Position numbers and translations under genes: made by a program
Assembly: GCA_000432855.1 (NCBI GenBank)
Contig: HF990861.1
Span: forward strand, 9,363 to 73,362
Source: Firmicutes bacterium CAG:822
GTDB taxonomy: Bacteria > Bacillota_I > Bacilli_A > RF39 > UBA660
Direction of reading: 5' to 3'
DNA length: 64,000 bases
The notes under the pieces: model-generated
What the model was told of the DNA's origin: nothing
Database searches by the model: none
What the model saw: the letters and a program-made list of their open reading frames with translations, nothing else
Part shown: piece after piece, positions 55,618-64,000 of the stretch
Numbering within the stretch: the stretch's first letter is position 1
Layout: each line of letters starts with the position of its first letter

Positions 55618-57990
55618 CTATTTATTTCTAAGTTTAGCCCCTAATTTATTTTCAACATCTTTTATAATTTTATCAAAGACTTTCATAACCTCTTCTTCAC
55701 TTAAAGTTCTATCAAGTGAAGAAAAAGTTAATGAATAAGCTAAAGACTTCTCACCATTCTCAACATGTTCACCGGTGTAAACATCAAATAACTTAATATC
55801 AGTTAAAAGCCTTCCGCCAGCTTTTCTAATAACACTTATAATCTCATCAGAAGTTACATCATTATTAACTATAAATGCCATATCCTTAACAATTTCCGGA
55901 TACTTAGGAGCTTCTTTAAACTTAATAGCCTTCACTTTACCCATAAGGGCTTCTAAAGAAAGTTCAGCCACATAAATGTCATCTTTAGTAATAATTGGAT
56001 GAACCTTACCAATCACACCTATCATTTTTCTATCAAGCATAACACCCGCACATATTCCTGGATGTAAATCAGGTAACTCTTTTTTCTCAAATGTATATCT
56101 ATTTTTGAAGCCTAAATAATCCAAAATGTTTTGAACTATACCTTTAATTAGATAAAAATCAACTTTCACATTTACACCATGCCACTGGTTAAGTAAATAA
56201 TTGCCACTCATAAGCATACATACTTTACTTTCTTCATTATAAGAAGCATCATATGTTTTCGCAATCTCATAAATATTTACATCATTAACTTTGTGATCAC
56301 GATTATATTCATAAACCTTTAAAAGTGATGGAATTAAACTAGTTCTAATCACTGACTTATCCACACTCATTGGAAGTGGTAAAGTAATTTGTTCTTTATC
56401 TTCATATTTAAAACTAGAAGCCATCTTTGGTGATGTTAAAGTATAAGTCTTAACCTCATTTAAACCAAGTCCGCGTAATCTCTTAGAAAGAATCTTACGA
56501 TATTTAATATCTAAAGCATATTCACCCTTTTTAATTGCCACACTTGGTAAAGTAGAAACTAAATTATGATATCCATAAAGTCTTCCAACCTCCTCGGCAA
56601 TATCATTCACATAAGGATCAATATCAAGTCTTCTAGAAGGAATAGTTGCTTTAAATTCACCATTATTATATTCAAATGGAAAACCTAAACGATTAAGTTC
56701 AACCTTAACATCTTCATCAGAAATTGTAATTCCAAGTAATCTATCGATTTCTGAAGATTTAAATGTTACAACTTTAGGCGTTTTATCGACTTTATCGTGT
56801 TTAATCGTTCCAGAAAGTACTGTCGCCCCCGCATATTTTTCAAGTAAGTGACAAGCTCTTTCGATTGCTTTTTCTGTGTATTCATAGCTTAATCCTTTAC
56901 CATATCTGATAGAAGCTTCACTTTTCAAATCAAGTCTATTAGAAGTATTTCTAATACTAACTCCGTCAAATATCGCACTTTCAATTAAAATATTTTGAGT
57001 ATTTTCCGTAACTTCTGTATTTTCACCGCCCATTACACCAGCAATACAAACAGGCTTTTTACCATCTGTAATAACAATATCATCACAAGTTAAAACTCTA
57101 TCCACACCATCTAAAGTTCTAATCTCTTCGCCATCTTTCGCATTTCTAACGACAATCTTCTCTCCTAAAGCATCCTTATCAAAGAAATGTAATGGTTGCC
57201 CATATTCAAGCATAACATAATTTGAAATATCTACCACATTATTAATAGAACGCATACCATAAGCTGTTAATCTTCTCTTAATAAATTCCGGTGACTCCCC
57301 AATTTTAACATTAGTAACCATTTTAGCTAAATAATATGGACACTTATCTGTATTTACTTTCAAACAAAAATGATTTTTAACCTCATCTTTAATAGGTTTA
57401 GTTTTATCATCTGGTAAAGTAACCTTCCTATTTAAAATAGCGCCTATTTCATAAGCAAAACCAATGTGATAATAACAATCATTATTACGGTGTTTATGAA
57501 CATCAAGTTCATATAAAGTATCATCTAAATTAAGATACTTCATCGCATCAGATCCAACTTTAGCTTTGCTATCTACTTCATAAATACCTTTGCTGTAAGT
57601 TTCTTCTGTTTTCTCTTCTAATCCAAGTTCAAATAAAGCACAAAGCATTCCATTAGATTCTACTCCTCTAATCTTACTTTTCTTAATTTCCACATTCCCA
57701 GGCAAAATAGCTCCAGGTAAAGCTACGATGACTTTTAAACCTTCTCTAACATTAGAAGCTCCACAGATAATTTGCTTAACATCATCGCCAACATTGACTA
57801 AACAAACATGTAAATGATCAGAATCAGGATGCATCTCACACTCTATAACTTCACCAATAACTAAATTATCTATATGATTAGAAATAACCTTTTCAATATT
57901 AATGCCCGCTTTAGTTATCTTAACCGCAAGCTCTTTTAAATCTTGGTCTTCAATATCGATATAATCTTTAACCCATTCTAAATCTATCAT
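55618..57990 (-). CDS. pheT: phenylalanine--tRNA ligase beta subunit
   Basis: 790 aa. N-terminal tRNA-binding (EMAP-like) domain GEVIECEMHPDSDHLHVC, B3/4, B5 and a C-terminal FDX-ACB domain. The start overlaps the pheS stop. Confidence 0.9.
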   Translation of the reverse strand: MIDLEWVKDYIDIEDQDLKELAVKITKAGINIEKVISNHIDNLVIGEVIECEMHPDSDHLHVCLVNVGDDVKQIICGASNVREGLKVIVALPGAILPGNVEIKKSKIRGVESNGMLCALFELGLEEKTEETYSKGIYEVDSKAKVGSDAMKYLNLDDTLYELDVHKHRNNDCYYHIGFAYEIGAILNRKVTLPDDKTKPIKDEVKNHFCLKVNTDKCPYYLAKMVTNVKIGESPEFIKRRLTAYGMRSINNVVDISNYVMLEYGQPLHFFDKDALGEKIVVRNAKDGEEIRTLDGVDRVLTCDDIVITDGKKPVCIAGVMGGENTEVTENTQNILIESAIFDGVSIRNTSNRLDLKSEASIRYGKGLSYEYTEKAIERACHLLEKYAGATVLSGTIKHDKVDKTPKVVTFKSSEIDRLLGITISDEDVKVELNRLGFPFEYNNGEFKATIPSRRLDIDPYVNDIAEEVGRLYGYHNLVSTLPSVAIKKGEYALDIKYRKILSKRLRGLGLNEVKTYTLTSPKMASSFKYEDKEQITLPLPMSVDKSVIRTSLIPSLLKVYEYNRDHKVNDVNIYEIAKTYDASYNEESKVCMLMSGNYLLNQWHGVNVKVDFYLIKGIVQNILDYLGFKNRYTFEKKELPDLHPGICAGVMLDRKMIGVIGKVHPIITKDDIYVAELSLEALMGKVKAIKFKEAPKYPEIVKDMAFIVNNDVTSDEIISVIRKAGGRLLTDIKLFDVYTGEHVENGEKSLAYSLTFSSLDRTLSEEEVMKVFDKIIKDVENKLGAKLRNK

Positions 57991-59036
57991 TAATTAGCCT
58001 CCCTTCTATCAAAGCCTCTACTCTCTCTTAAATCGTTTGTATAAAATACTCTTAAATCATCAATGCCATATTTAATCATAGCAAGTCTTTCAGCTCCAAA
58101 TCCAAACGCAAAACCAGACCATTTTTTAGGATCATATCCACAGTTTTCTAAAACCTTTGGATGAACCATTCCTCCACCCGATACCGTAATCCATCCAGTA
58201 TTTTTACATATATTACATCCTTTGCCTTTACAGTGATGGCAACTAATATCCATCTCTACAGAAGGCTCAGTAAATGGATAATAACTTGGTCTAAATCTCG
58301 TTTGACATTCTTCCCCAAATAAATGTTTAGCAATCACATCAAAAGTACCTTTTAAATCAGATAAACTAATATTTTCATCAACTAATAACCCTTCTATCTG
58401 CATAAATTGATGTGAATGAGTCGCATCATCATCATCTCTTCTATATGTCTTACCAGGACAAATCATTCTAATTGGCTTTTCACCTTTTCCAGCTAACATC
58501 GTTCTAATTTGTACTGGTGAAGTTTGACTACGAAGTAAAAGTTCATCATCTTTTACATAAAATGTATCTTGAGCATCTCTAGCTGGATGTCCTTTAGGTA
58601 AATTAAGCATCTCAAAGTTATATTCATCTTTTTCAACTTCCGGTCCATCAACCACATCGTATCCCATTGACATAAGTAACTCTTCAACATCTTCAATCAT
58701 TTTCTCTAAAATACTAGGTGCTCCTACTTTAATTTCTGTTGCTGGCAAACTAATATCGATACTTTCGTTTTGTAATTTTTCATTTAATAATTTTGTCTCA
58801 AGTTCACTTTTTTTACTATCTAATAAACTAGTAGCTTCATTTTTTAGGTTATTAATTAAAGCTCCAAAAGACTTTTTTTCATCGTTGCTTAAATCTTTCA
58901 TTTTAGAATATAAAACAGTAATCTCACCTTTTTTACCTAAATATTTTGCTTTTACCTCATTCAAATCATGTTCAGTTAAAGCATCCTCTAAATCACTTTT
59001 CAAATTACTTAAAATATCATCTAATTCCATATTCAT
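57990..59036 (-). CDS. pheS: phenylalanine--tRNA ligase alpha subunit
   Basis: 348 aa. Class II motifs HPARDAQDTFY, FRPSYYPFTEPS and GFAFGFGAERLAM. Confidence 0.9.
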   Translation of the reverse strand: MNMELDDILSNLKSDLEDALTEHDLNEVKAKYLGKKGEITVLYSKMKDLSNDEKKSFGALINNLKNEATSLLDSKKSELETKLLNEKLQNESIDISLPATEIKVGAPSILEKMIEDVEELLMSMGYDVVDGPEVEKDEYNFEMLNLPKGHPARDAQDTFYVKDDELLLRSQTSPVQIRTMLAGKGEKPIRMICPGKTYRRDDDDATHSHQFMQIEGLLVDENISLSDLKGTFDVIAKHLFGEECQTRFRPSYYPFTEPSVEMDISCHHCKGKGCNICKNTGWITVSGGGMVHPKVLENCGYDPKKWSGFAFGFGAERLAMIKYGIDDLRVFYTNDLRESRGFDRREAN

Positions 59037-59263
59037 CCTCCTAACAAAAAAATCACATCCAATAAGGACGTGATTGACGTGGTACCACCTTAATTTATAA
59101 GTTAAACTTACCTCAATAACTATAACGCGTTACCGATATATCTTTACATATACAGCTCCTAAGGTGAATTCATAAAAGATTATTACTAACTTCCACCAAC
59201 CGTTAGTTCTCTATAAATAATTACTTCTATTACTACGTCTTAATCTTCGCTTTTAAAATTTCA
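59037..59263 (-). promoter_or_regulatory. T-box riboswitch leader (Phe specifier) of pheST
   Basis: Read on the minus strand. -10 GGTATAAT (59275-59270). Stem I contains AGAGA...GGTGGAA. Specifier loop GAATTCACC has TTC (59168-59166) followed by a purine. T-box AATTAAGGTGGTACCACG (59095-59078). Terminator ATCACGTCC...GGATGTGAT followed by TTTTTTT (59074-59046). Confidence 0.85.
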
Positions 59264-59314
59264 ATATCAATTATACCACAAAATTTAAATTTTTAAACAA
59301 AAAACTAACATAAG

Positions 59315-59575
59315 TTAGTTAAGTGTCTTAGTAGAACTTGTCAAAACATTTTGAGCTTGGTATTCATTTATAGCAGATTTCAAACTCTCAAGAGTTCCAG
59401 GTTCAGTCTTTTGACCAATTGGTAAATATATTTCAGAGGCAAAGATATTTTCTACTCCAATTTCAGGAAATGCTGTAAACATCTTTTCTTGCATATCAAA
59501 CACATGCGAACTCCCACCGTGTTTTCTATTTTCATAATTACTATTCATATTGTTAATTACATCAGCTAATACCAT
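59315..59575 (-). CDS. hypothetical protein, 86 aa
   Basis: Translationally coupled to the upstream ORF by a TAATG overlap at 59575. No family recognised. Confidence 0.4.
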   Translation of the reverse strand: MVLADVINNMNSNYENRKHGGSSHVFDMQEKMFTAFPEIGVENIFASEIYLPIGQKTEPGTLESLKSAINEYQAQNVLTSSTKTLN

Positions 59576-60108
59576 TATTTTACCTCCGCTTCTGCCATAG
59601 CTTTTAATACCATTCCAGCATCATTACTAAAATAAGCTTTGTATAAAACATCATTTCCAATAACCTTACTAATTAAATTAGTCATAATAATCTCATCTGT
59701 AAAGAAATTATTATCGACATCCCCTACTAAATTATTAGTAAGTATTTCTGTATAGCCTTCATTGAGTGCAAGTAAGGAATCGCCTTCATCATTAAATCCA
59801 TAATAATTATCTTTTGCTGTAATAACCCCAAGTAAACTATGCATAAGCCAGTGTCTCGCATCAGCCTCAGTTATAAGACCATAATTAATGGCTATTTCAT
59901 TATTATGTGGAATGTACTTGCACGGCATTTTAACTAAATACATACTCTCCCTTTTTATCTTTAAAGTTTTAAGTCGTTCTTTCAAAGTCGTTAAATCCAC
60001 GTCTTTAAATATTTCGTGAAAGATTGTAATAAGTTCCATAAGATTATCTCTAACCTCTTCAGTTAAATTTTCATTACCATCTAGTATGACTTTAACTTCT
60101 TCAAGCAT
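59575..60108 (-). CDS. hypothetical protein, 177 aa
   Basis: Clean ORF with no family recognised. Contains ARHWLMHSLLG, which is not a canonical HExxH. Confidence 0.45.
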   Translation of the reverse strand: MLEEVKVILDGNENLTEEVRDNLMELITIFHEIFKDVDLTTLKERLKTLKIKRESMYLVKMPCKYIPHNNEIAINYGLITEADARHWLMHSLLGVITAKDNYYGFNDEGDSLLALNEGYTEILTNNLVGDVDNNFFTDEIIMTNLISKVIGNDVLYKAYFSNDAGMVLKAMAEAEVK

Positions 60109-60240
60109 AACTTAATCACCTGGTAAGTATTATATCACACCGTAAAGCAAAAGTATACATTTTTTCCACTTTTTTTTGACATTTGTTATACACTTTTTAT
60201 TTCTTTACACTCAAAACGCCCTTATATTACAAGAGTTTTT

Positions 60241-60269
60241 ATACATTTGTTGCGAAAGTATTTAATTTG
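60241..60269 (+). promoter_or_regulatory. sigma-A type promoter of the alr operon
   Basis: TTGCGA (60241-60246), 17-nt spacer, TATAAT (60264-60269), followed at the predicted 5' end by the hairpin GTGGAAAA-N8-TTTTCCAC. Confidence 0.6.
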
Positions 60270-60339
60270 TTATATAATGTGGAAAAGTGAAAAGTTTTCC
60301 ACAGTCCTACAAAATATGTAAAGAAAAAGGTGAAATCAA

Positions 60340-61497
60340 ATGTATCGAAAAACTTATGCGTTAATCAATTGTAATACTTTAGCAAAAAACATTCAAAATA
60401 TCAAAGAAAACTATCCTTATAAATATTATATAGGTGTTGTTAAAGCAAATGCCTACGGACATGGCGACTATATTGTAAATAGTTTAATTGCTGGTGGTGT
60501 TAATTATCTTGCTGCTTCTTCCCTAGAAGAATGTCTAAGTATTAGAAAAAGAAATGAAAATATTTCAATATTATGCCTAGAACCAATAGACCATGAATAC
60601 TTAAATATATGCGAAAGAGAAAATATCACCATCACTATTCCTGATTACGAATATTTTAAAAAATTAGATTTAAACTTAAATTTAAAAATTCATTTAAAAA
60701 TAGATAGTGGTATGAACCGTTTGGGTTTTAAAGATAAAAATGAGGTTAAAGAAGTATATGATACTTTATTAAATCATCCCAATATAAAATTAGAAGGAAT
60801 ATATACTCACCTAGGTACTTCTGGCATGTGGGATAATCACTACGATCATGATTTAAAAAAATTTGAAGAAATAACAAGTTTAATTGATTTAAAAAATATT
60901 CCAATTGTCCACATATCTCGTTCCTTAATTTTAGTTACACATCCAATGCCTACATATGTCACTGGAATTAGACTTGGAATCATCATGTATGGTTTTCCTC
61001 AAAAAATAAATAAACCATCCGGACTTAGATTAATAAAAAGAAATATGTATCTCAAAAAACACCATATAAGTGATATAACTTATGAAAATAATTTAAATTT
61101 AAACACAGCGTTCTCTCTTCACACCACCGTTATGACCATCAAAAGTGTAAAAAAAGGCGAATATGTCGGTTATGGGGCCAAATACATTGCTGAAGAAGAT
61201 ATGAAAATTGCCATTATTCCAATCGGTTTTGCCGATGGCTTAATTAAACAATATGAAAATCAAACTGTCAAAATAAATAATAAAAAATATAAATTGATTG
61301 GTGAAGTTGGTATGGACATGACAGCCGTTAAAATTGATGATAGCGTAAAACTTAAAGATCATGTTATAATATTTGATGATGCCAAAAATAAATCAAAAGA
61401 ACTTGGCATCAGCGCTTATCAACTCTTCACAAGTATCACAACTAGAGTACCACGTGTATATGATGAAAATGGTAAACTAACTGAAATAAAATATTAA
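60340..61497 (+). CDS. alr: alanine racemase family PLP enzyme
   Basis: 385 aa. VVKANAYGHG (PLP-Lys motif), the C-terminal beta-domain, and a Tyr-containing GYG region. Confidence 0.85.
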   Translation: MYRKTYALINCNTLAKNIQNIKENYPYKYYIGVVKANAYGHGDYIVNSLIAGGVNYLAASSLEECLSIRKRNENISILCLEPIDHEYLNICERENITITIPDYEYFKKLDLNLNLKIHLKIDSGMNRLGFKDKNEVKEVYDTLLNHPNIKLEGIYTHLGTSGMWDNHYDHDLKKFEEITSLIDLKNIPIVHISRSLILVTHPMPTYVTGIRLGIIMYGFPQKINKPSGLRLIKRNMYLKKHHISDITYENNLNLNTAFSLHTTVMTIKSVKKGEYVGYGAKYIAEEDMKIAIIPIGFADGLIKQYENQTVKINNKKYKLIGEVGMDMTAVKIDDSVKLKDHVIIFDDAKNKSKELGISAYQLFTSITTRVPRVYDENGKLTEIKY

Positions 61498-61509
61498 AGG
61501 AATGATTTT

Positions 61510-62718
61510 ATGAACTTTGAAGTAATAATTATTGGAAGTGATGCCAATGCCTATTACATGGCAAGATGTGTTCACGAATTATATAATAAAAAAGTAAAAC
61601 TCATCGCCCACAAACCGATGAGCTTTGTCAATCACTCTAATATAATTGAAGCCACATATGACTCAAGATTATGGGACATAAATAAATTTGCCGATGCTAT
61701 GAATGAATATGTTAAAAACATAAATGCAGACAAAATAGTATGCATCTCTTCTAATGAGACATATGCTAGAGGACTAGTTGCTAATAAAGATAAACTAGAC
61801 AAAAGAATTTTATTTAATTATGTCGATTTAAATTTCTTAGATAGTCTAATGATGAAAGATAAATTTTATGAAACATATAAAAACTCTGGCCTACTACCTA
61901 AAACTATCATTTATAACCTAAACGATGAACTAAAATTAGATTTCGACTTTCCTATTATTATAAAACCAAATGATGTTATCGATTTTAATCATATTAATTT
62001 CGAAGGAAAGAAAAAAATATATAAACTAAACAATATGGAAGAAGTAAATCATACAATCGAATGTTTTAGAAATAGTAGTTATAAAGGAAAATTAATCATT
62101 CAAGAATATATTCCTGGTGATGACAGTAGCTTATTTGATGGTGTTGTATATTGTAATTCCAAAGGCAAATGTGAACTTTTTGCTTTTGCTCAAATTGGTC
62201 TTCAAGAGCACACTGCAAACATGGTTGGTAACGCCGCCTGTTTAATCAATCATTTTAATACTAATGGTTATAATGAAAACATAATTTTAGAGTTTAAACA
62301 ATTTATGGAAAAAATAAATTTCAAAGGTATCGCTGAATTAGACATAAAATATGATTACCGTGACAAAAAATACAAAATATTAGAAATCAATGCTCGTCAA
62401 GGAAGATGTAGTTACTATGTCACCGCTGCTGGCTATAACATTGTCAAACTATTTGTCGATGACTTAATTTATGGTAAAGAAAAAGAATTTAAAATTGCTG
62501 ATAAAGAATTATTATTAACTTATGTACCTAAAAAAATAATCAAAAAATATGTCGTAAATGAAAAATTCAAAAAAGAAGCTATGAAACTTTATAAACAGAA
62601 AAAAGTCGTAAATCCTTTAATTTATAAAAAAGATTTACCTTTAAAAAGAATTATCTTTTTAATTAGGAAACACTTTAGATACTATAAAGATTACAAAAAT
62701 GGATATTGGAAATACTAG
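61510..62718 (+). CDS. ATP-grasp carboxylate-amine ligase (D-aspartate-ligase-like)
   Basis: 402 aa. The N-terminus VIIIGSDANAYYMARCVHELYNKKV is typical of this ligase family. ATP-grasp core IIKPND...IIQEYIPG...ELDIKYD...YKILEINARQGR. Confidence 0.6.
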   Translation: MNFEVIIIGSDANAYYMARCVHELYNKKVKLIAHKPMSFVNHSNIIEATYDSRLWDINKFADAMNEYVKNINADKIVCISSNETYARGLVANKDKLDKRILFNYVDLNFLDSLMMKDKFYETYKNSGLLPKTIIYNLNDELKLDFDFPIIIKPNDVIDFNHINFEGKKKIYKLNNMEEVNHTIECFRNSSYKGKLIIQEYIPGDDSSLFDGVVYCNSKGKCELFAFAQIGLQEHTANMVGNAACLINHFNTNGYNENIILEFKQFMEKINFKGIAELDIKYDYRDKKYKILEINARQGRCSYYVTAAGYNIVKLFVDDLIYGKEKEFKIADKELLLTYVPKKIIKKYVVNEKFKKEAMKLYKQKKVVNPLIYKKDLPLKRIIFLIRKHFRYYKDYKNGYWKY

Positions 62719-62733
62719 AAAGGAAGTAAAAAT

Positions 62734-64000
62734 ATGTGCGGATTTTGCGGATATATAAATAGAAAAGAAAAAAGCCATATCAAAGCCATGAATGATATGA
62801 TTGCTCACCGTGGCCCAGATGATGAATCTTATTATACCGATAATGAAATAGCTATGGGCTTTAGAAGACTTAGTATCATCGATTTAAAAGGTGGAAGACA
62901 GCCAATGTCTAACGAAGATGATACAATGTATATAACATTCAATGGTGAAATATATAACTTTAAAGAAATCAAAGAAGACTTAATAAATAAAGGGCACATC
63001 TTTAAAACAAACACCGATACCGAAGTTATATTACATGGGTATGAAGAATACCAAGAAAAAATATTAGATAAATTAAGAGGCATGTTTGCTTTCGTAATAT
63101 GGGATAAAAATACTAAAAAATTATTTGGGGCAAGAGATCACTTTGGTCAAAAACCCTTCTACTACTGCACAATGCAAGGAACATTTATGTATGGTTCTGA
63201 AATAAAAAGTTTCTTAAAACATCCAGATTTTCTAAAAAAAGTCAACAAAGAAGCTTTAAAACCATATCTAACATTCCAAACATCAGTCTTAAATGAAACA
63301 TTTTTCAAAAATGTCTATAAATTAAAACCTGGTCATTACTTCACTTATGACTTTAATACTGAAAAGATGGAAATTCAAGAATATTATGAAATAAAGTTTG
63401 AGCCTAAAAATCAAGATTTTGATACTTTAGTAAATGAAATAGATAACACCATTACTAAATCTATCGATTATCACACTATTAGTGATGTTCCGGTTGGATC
63501 TTATTTATCAGGTGGTATTGATTCATCATATGTTGTAAGTTATCTAAAACCAGATAAAACATTCTCTGTTGGCTTTGATTATAAAGACTTTAACGAAGTA
63601 CCACTTGCTAAAGACTTATCAGACCTTTTACACATTCAAAATAAAAACGAATTAATAAATGCCGACCACTTCTTTGAAAGCATTGATAAAGTTCAGTATT
63701 ATGCTGATGAACCAACCGCTAACCTATCAGCTGTTCCCCTATATTTCTTATCAAAACTAGCTGTTAAAGATGTAAAAGTTGTTTTATCAGGTGAAGGAGC
63801 CGATGAATTATTTGGAGGATATCCAAGTTATAACGAAGATAAAACATTAAAAAAATATCGTAAACTACCAATGTTTTTGAGAAAATTTATTAAAACAATT
63901 GTCTCACCTCTTCCAAGTTTTCACGGTAAAAATTTCTTAACTAAAGGCGGTAGTAAACTTGAAGATTATTATGTTGGTGATGCTTTCATCTTTAATAATA
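62734..64000 (+). CDS. asnB: asparagine synthase (glutamine-hydrolysing), truncated by the window edge
   Basis: Starts MCGFCGYINRK (Ntn Cys2), followed by the GATase II domain and the SGGIDSS PP-loop. The frame is open to position 64000, so it is absent from the ORF track. Confidence 0.85.
   Translation, partial: MCGFCGYINRKEKSHIKAMNDMIAHRGPDDESYYTDNEIAMGFRRLSIIDLKGGRQPMSNEDDTMYITFNGEIYNFKEIKEDLINKGHIFKTNTDTEVILHGYEEYQEKILDKLRGMFAFVIWDKNTKKLFGARDHFGQKPFYYCTMQGTFMYGSEIKSFLKHPDFLKKVNKEALKPYLTFQTSVLNETFFKNVYKLKPGHYFTYDFNTEKMEIQEYYEIKFEPKNQDFDTLVNEIDNTITKSIDYHTISDVPVGSYLSGGIDSSYVVSYLKPDKTFSVGFDYKDFNEVPLAKDLSDLLHIQNKNELINADHFFESIDKVQYYADEPTANLSAVPLYFLSKLAVKDVKVVLSGEGADELFGGYPSYNEDKTLKKYRKLPMFLRKFIKTIVSPLPSFHGKNFLTKGGSKLEDYYVGDAFIFNN

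Noticed and set aside
60109-60339. The coding-strand switch at ~60.2 kb as a replication origin/terminus marker
   Set aside because: The region is only a 230-bp divergent promoter region. No DnaA-box cluster or dif-like site was seen, and the window is too small to judge skew.

Overview
Very AT-rich chromosomal segment of low-GC Firmicutes type. It uses the standard bacterial code: TGA, TAG and TAA each terminate well-conserved genes, and Trp is TGG. Almost every gene from 0.8 to 60.1 kb is on the minus strand, and coding switches to the plus strand at about 60.3 kb. The housekeeping backbone is a P-type ATPase, tRNA-Gly, cysS followed by tRNA-Cys, a GluRS-type ligase, an LCP envelope protein, a second tRNA-Cys, T-box-controlled pheST, and an alr / ATP-grasp / asnB cluster. 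Accessory content sits between these: an IS1634-family element that truncates a hydrolase paralog, a RhuM gene, a coupled SWIM + alkaline-phosphatase-superfamily pair, a ParB-like / unknown / LD-carboxypeptidase / glycosyltransferase operon, and two tandem Bce-type peptide-antibiotic sensing and efflux modules with VanZ-like and unknown envelope proteins. The two most interesting loci are these. (1) A compact retron at 47.5-49.55 kb: promoter, msr/msd-like ncRNA with 10-bp a1/a2 repeats, retron-type RT, and a tightly linked 278-aa partner with no domain I recognise. (2) Three copies of a type I toxin-antitoxin-like module at 34.6-37.2 kb. Each has a 25-28 aa hydrophobic peptide ORF with a sequestered SD, convergent with an approximately 110-nt sRNA. 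The sRNA promoter and 5' domain are nearly identical in all copies, and its terminator is shared with the toxin mRNA. Several genes are decayed: in-frame stops in a flavodoxin-like gene and a TetR gene, and a 5'-degraded aldo/keto reductase. All calls come from reading the sequence and the supplied ORF track. No database search or folding program was run.
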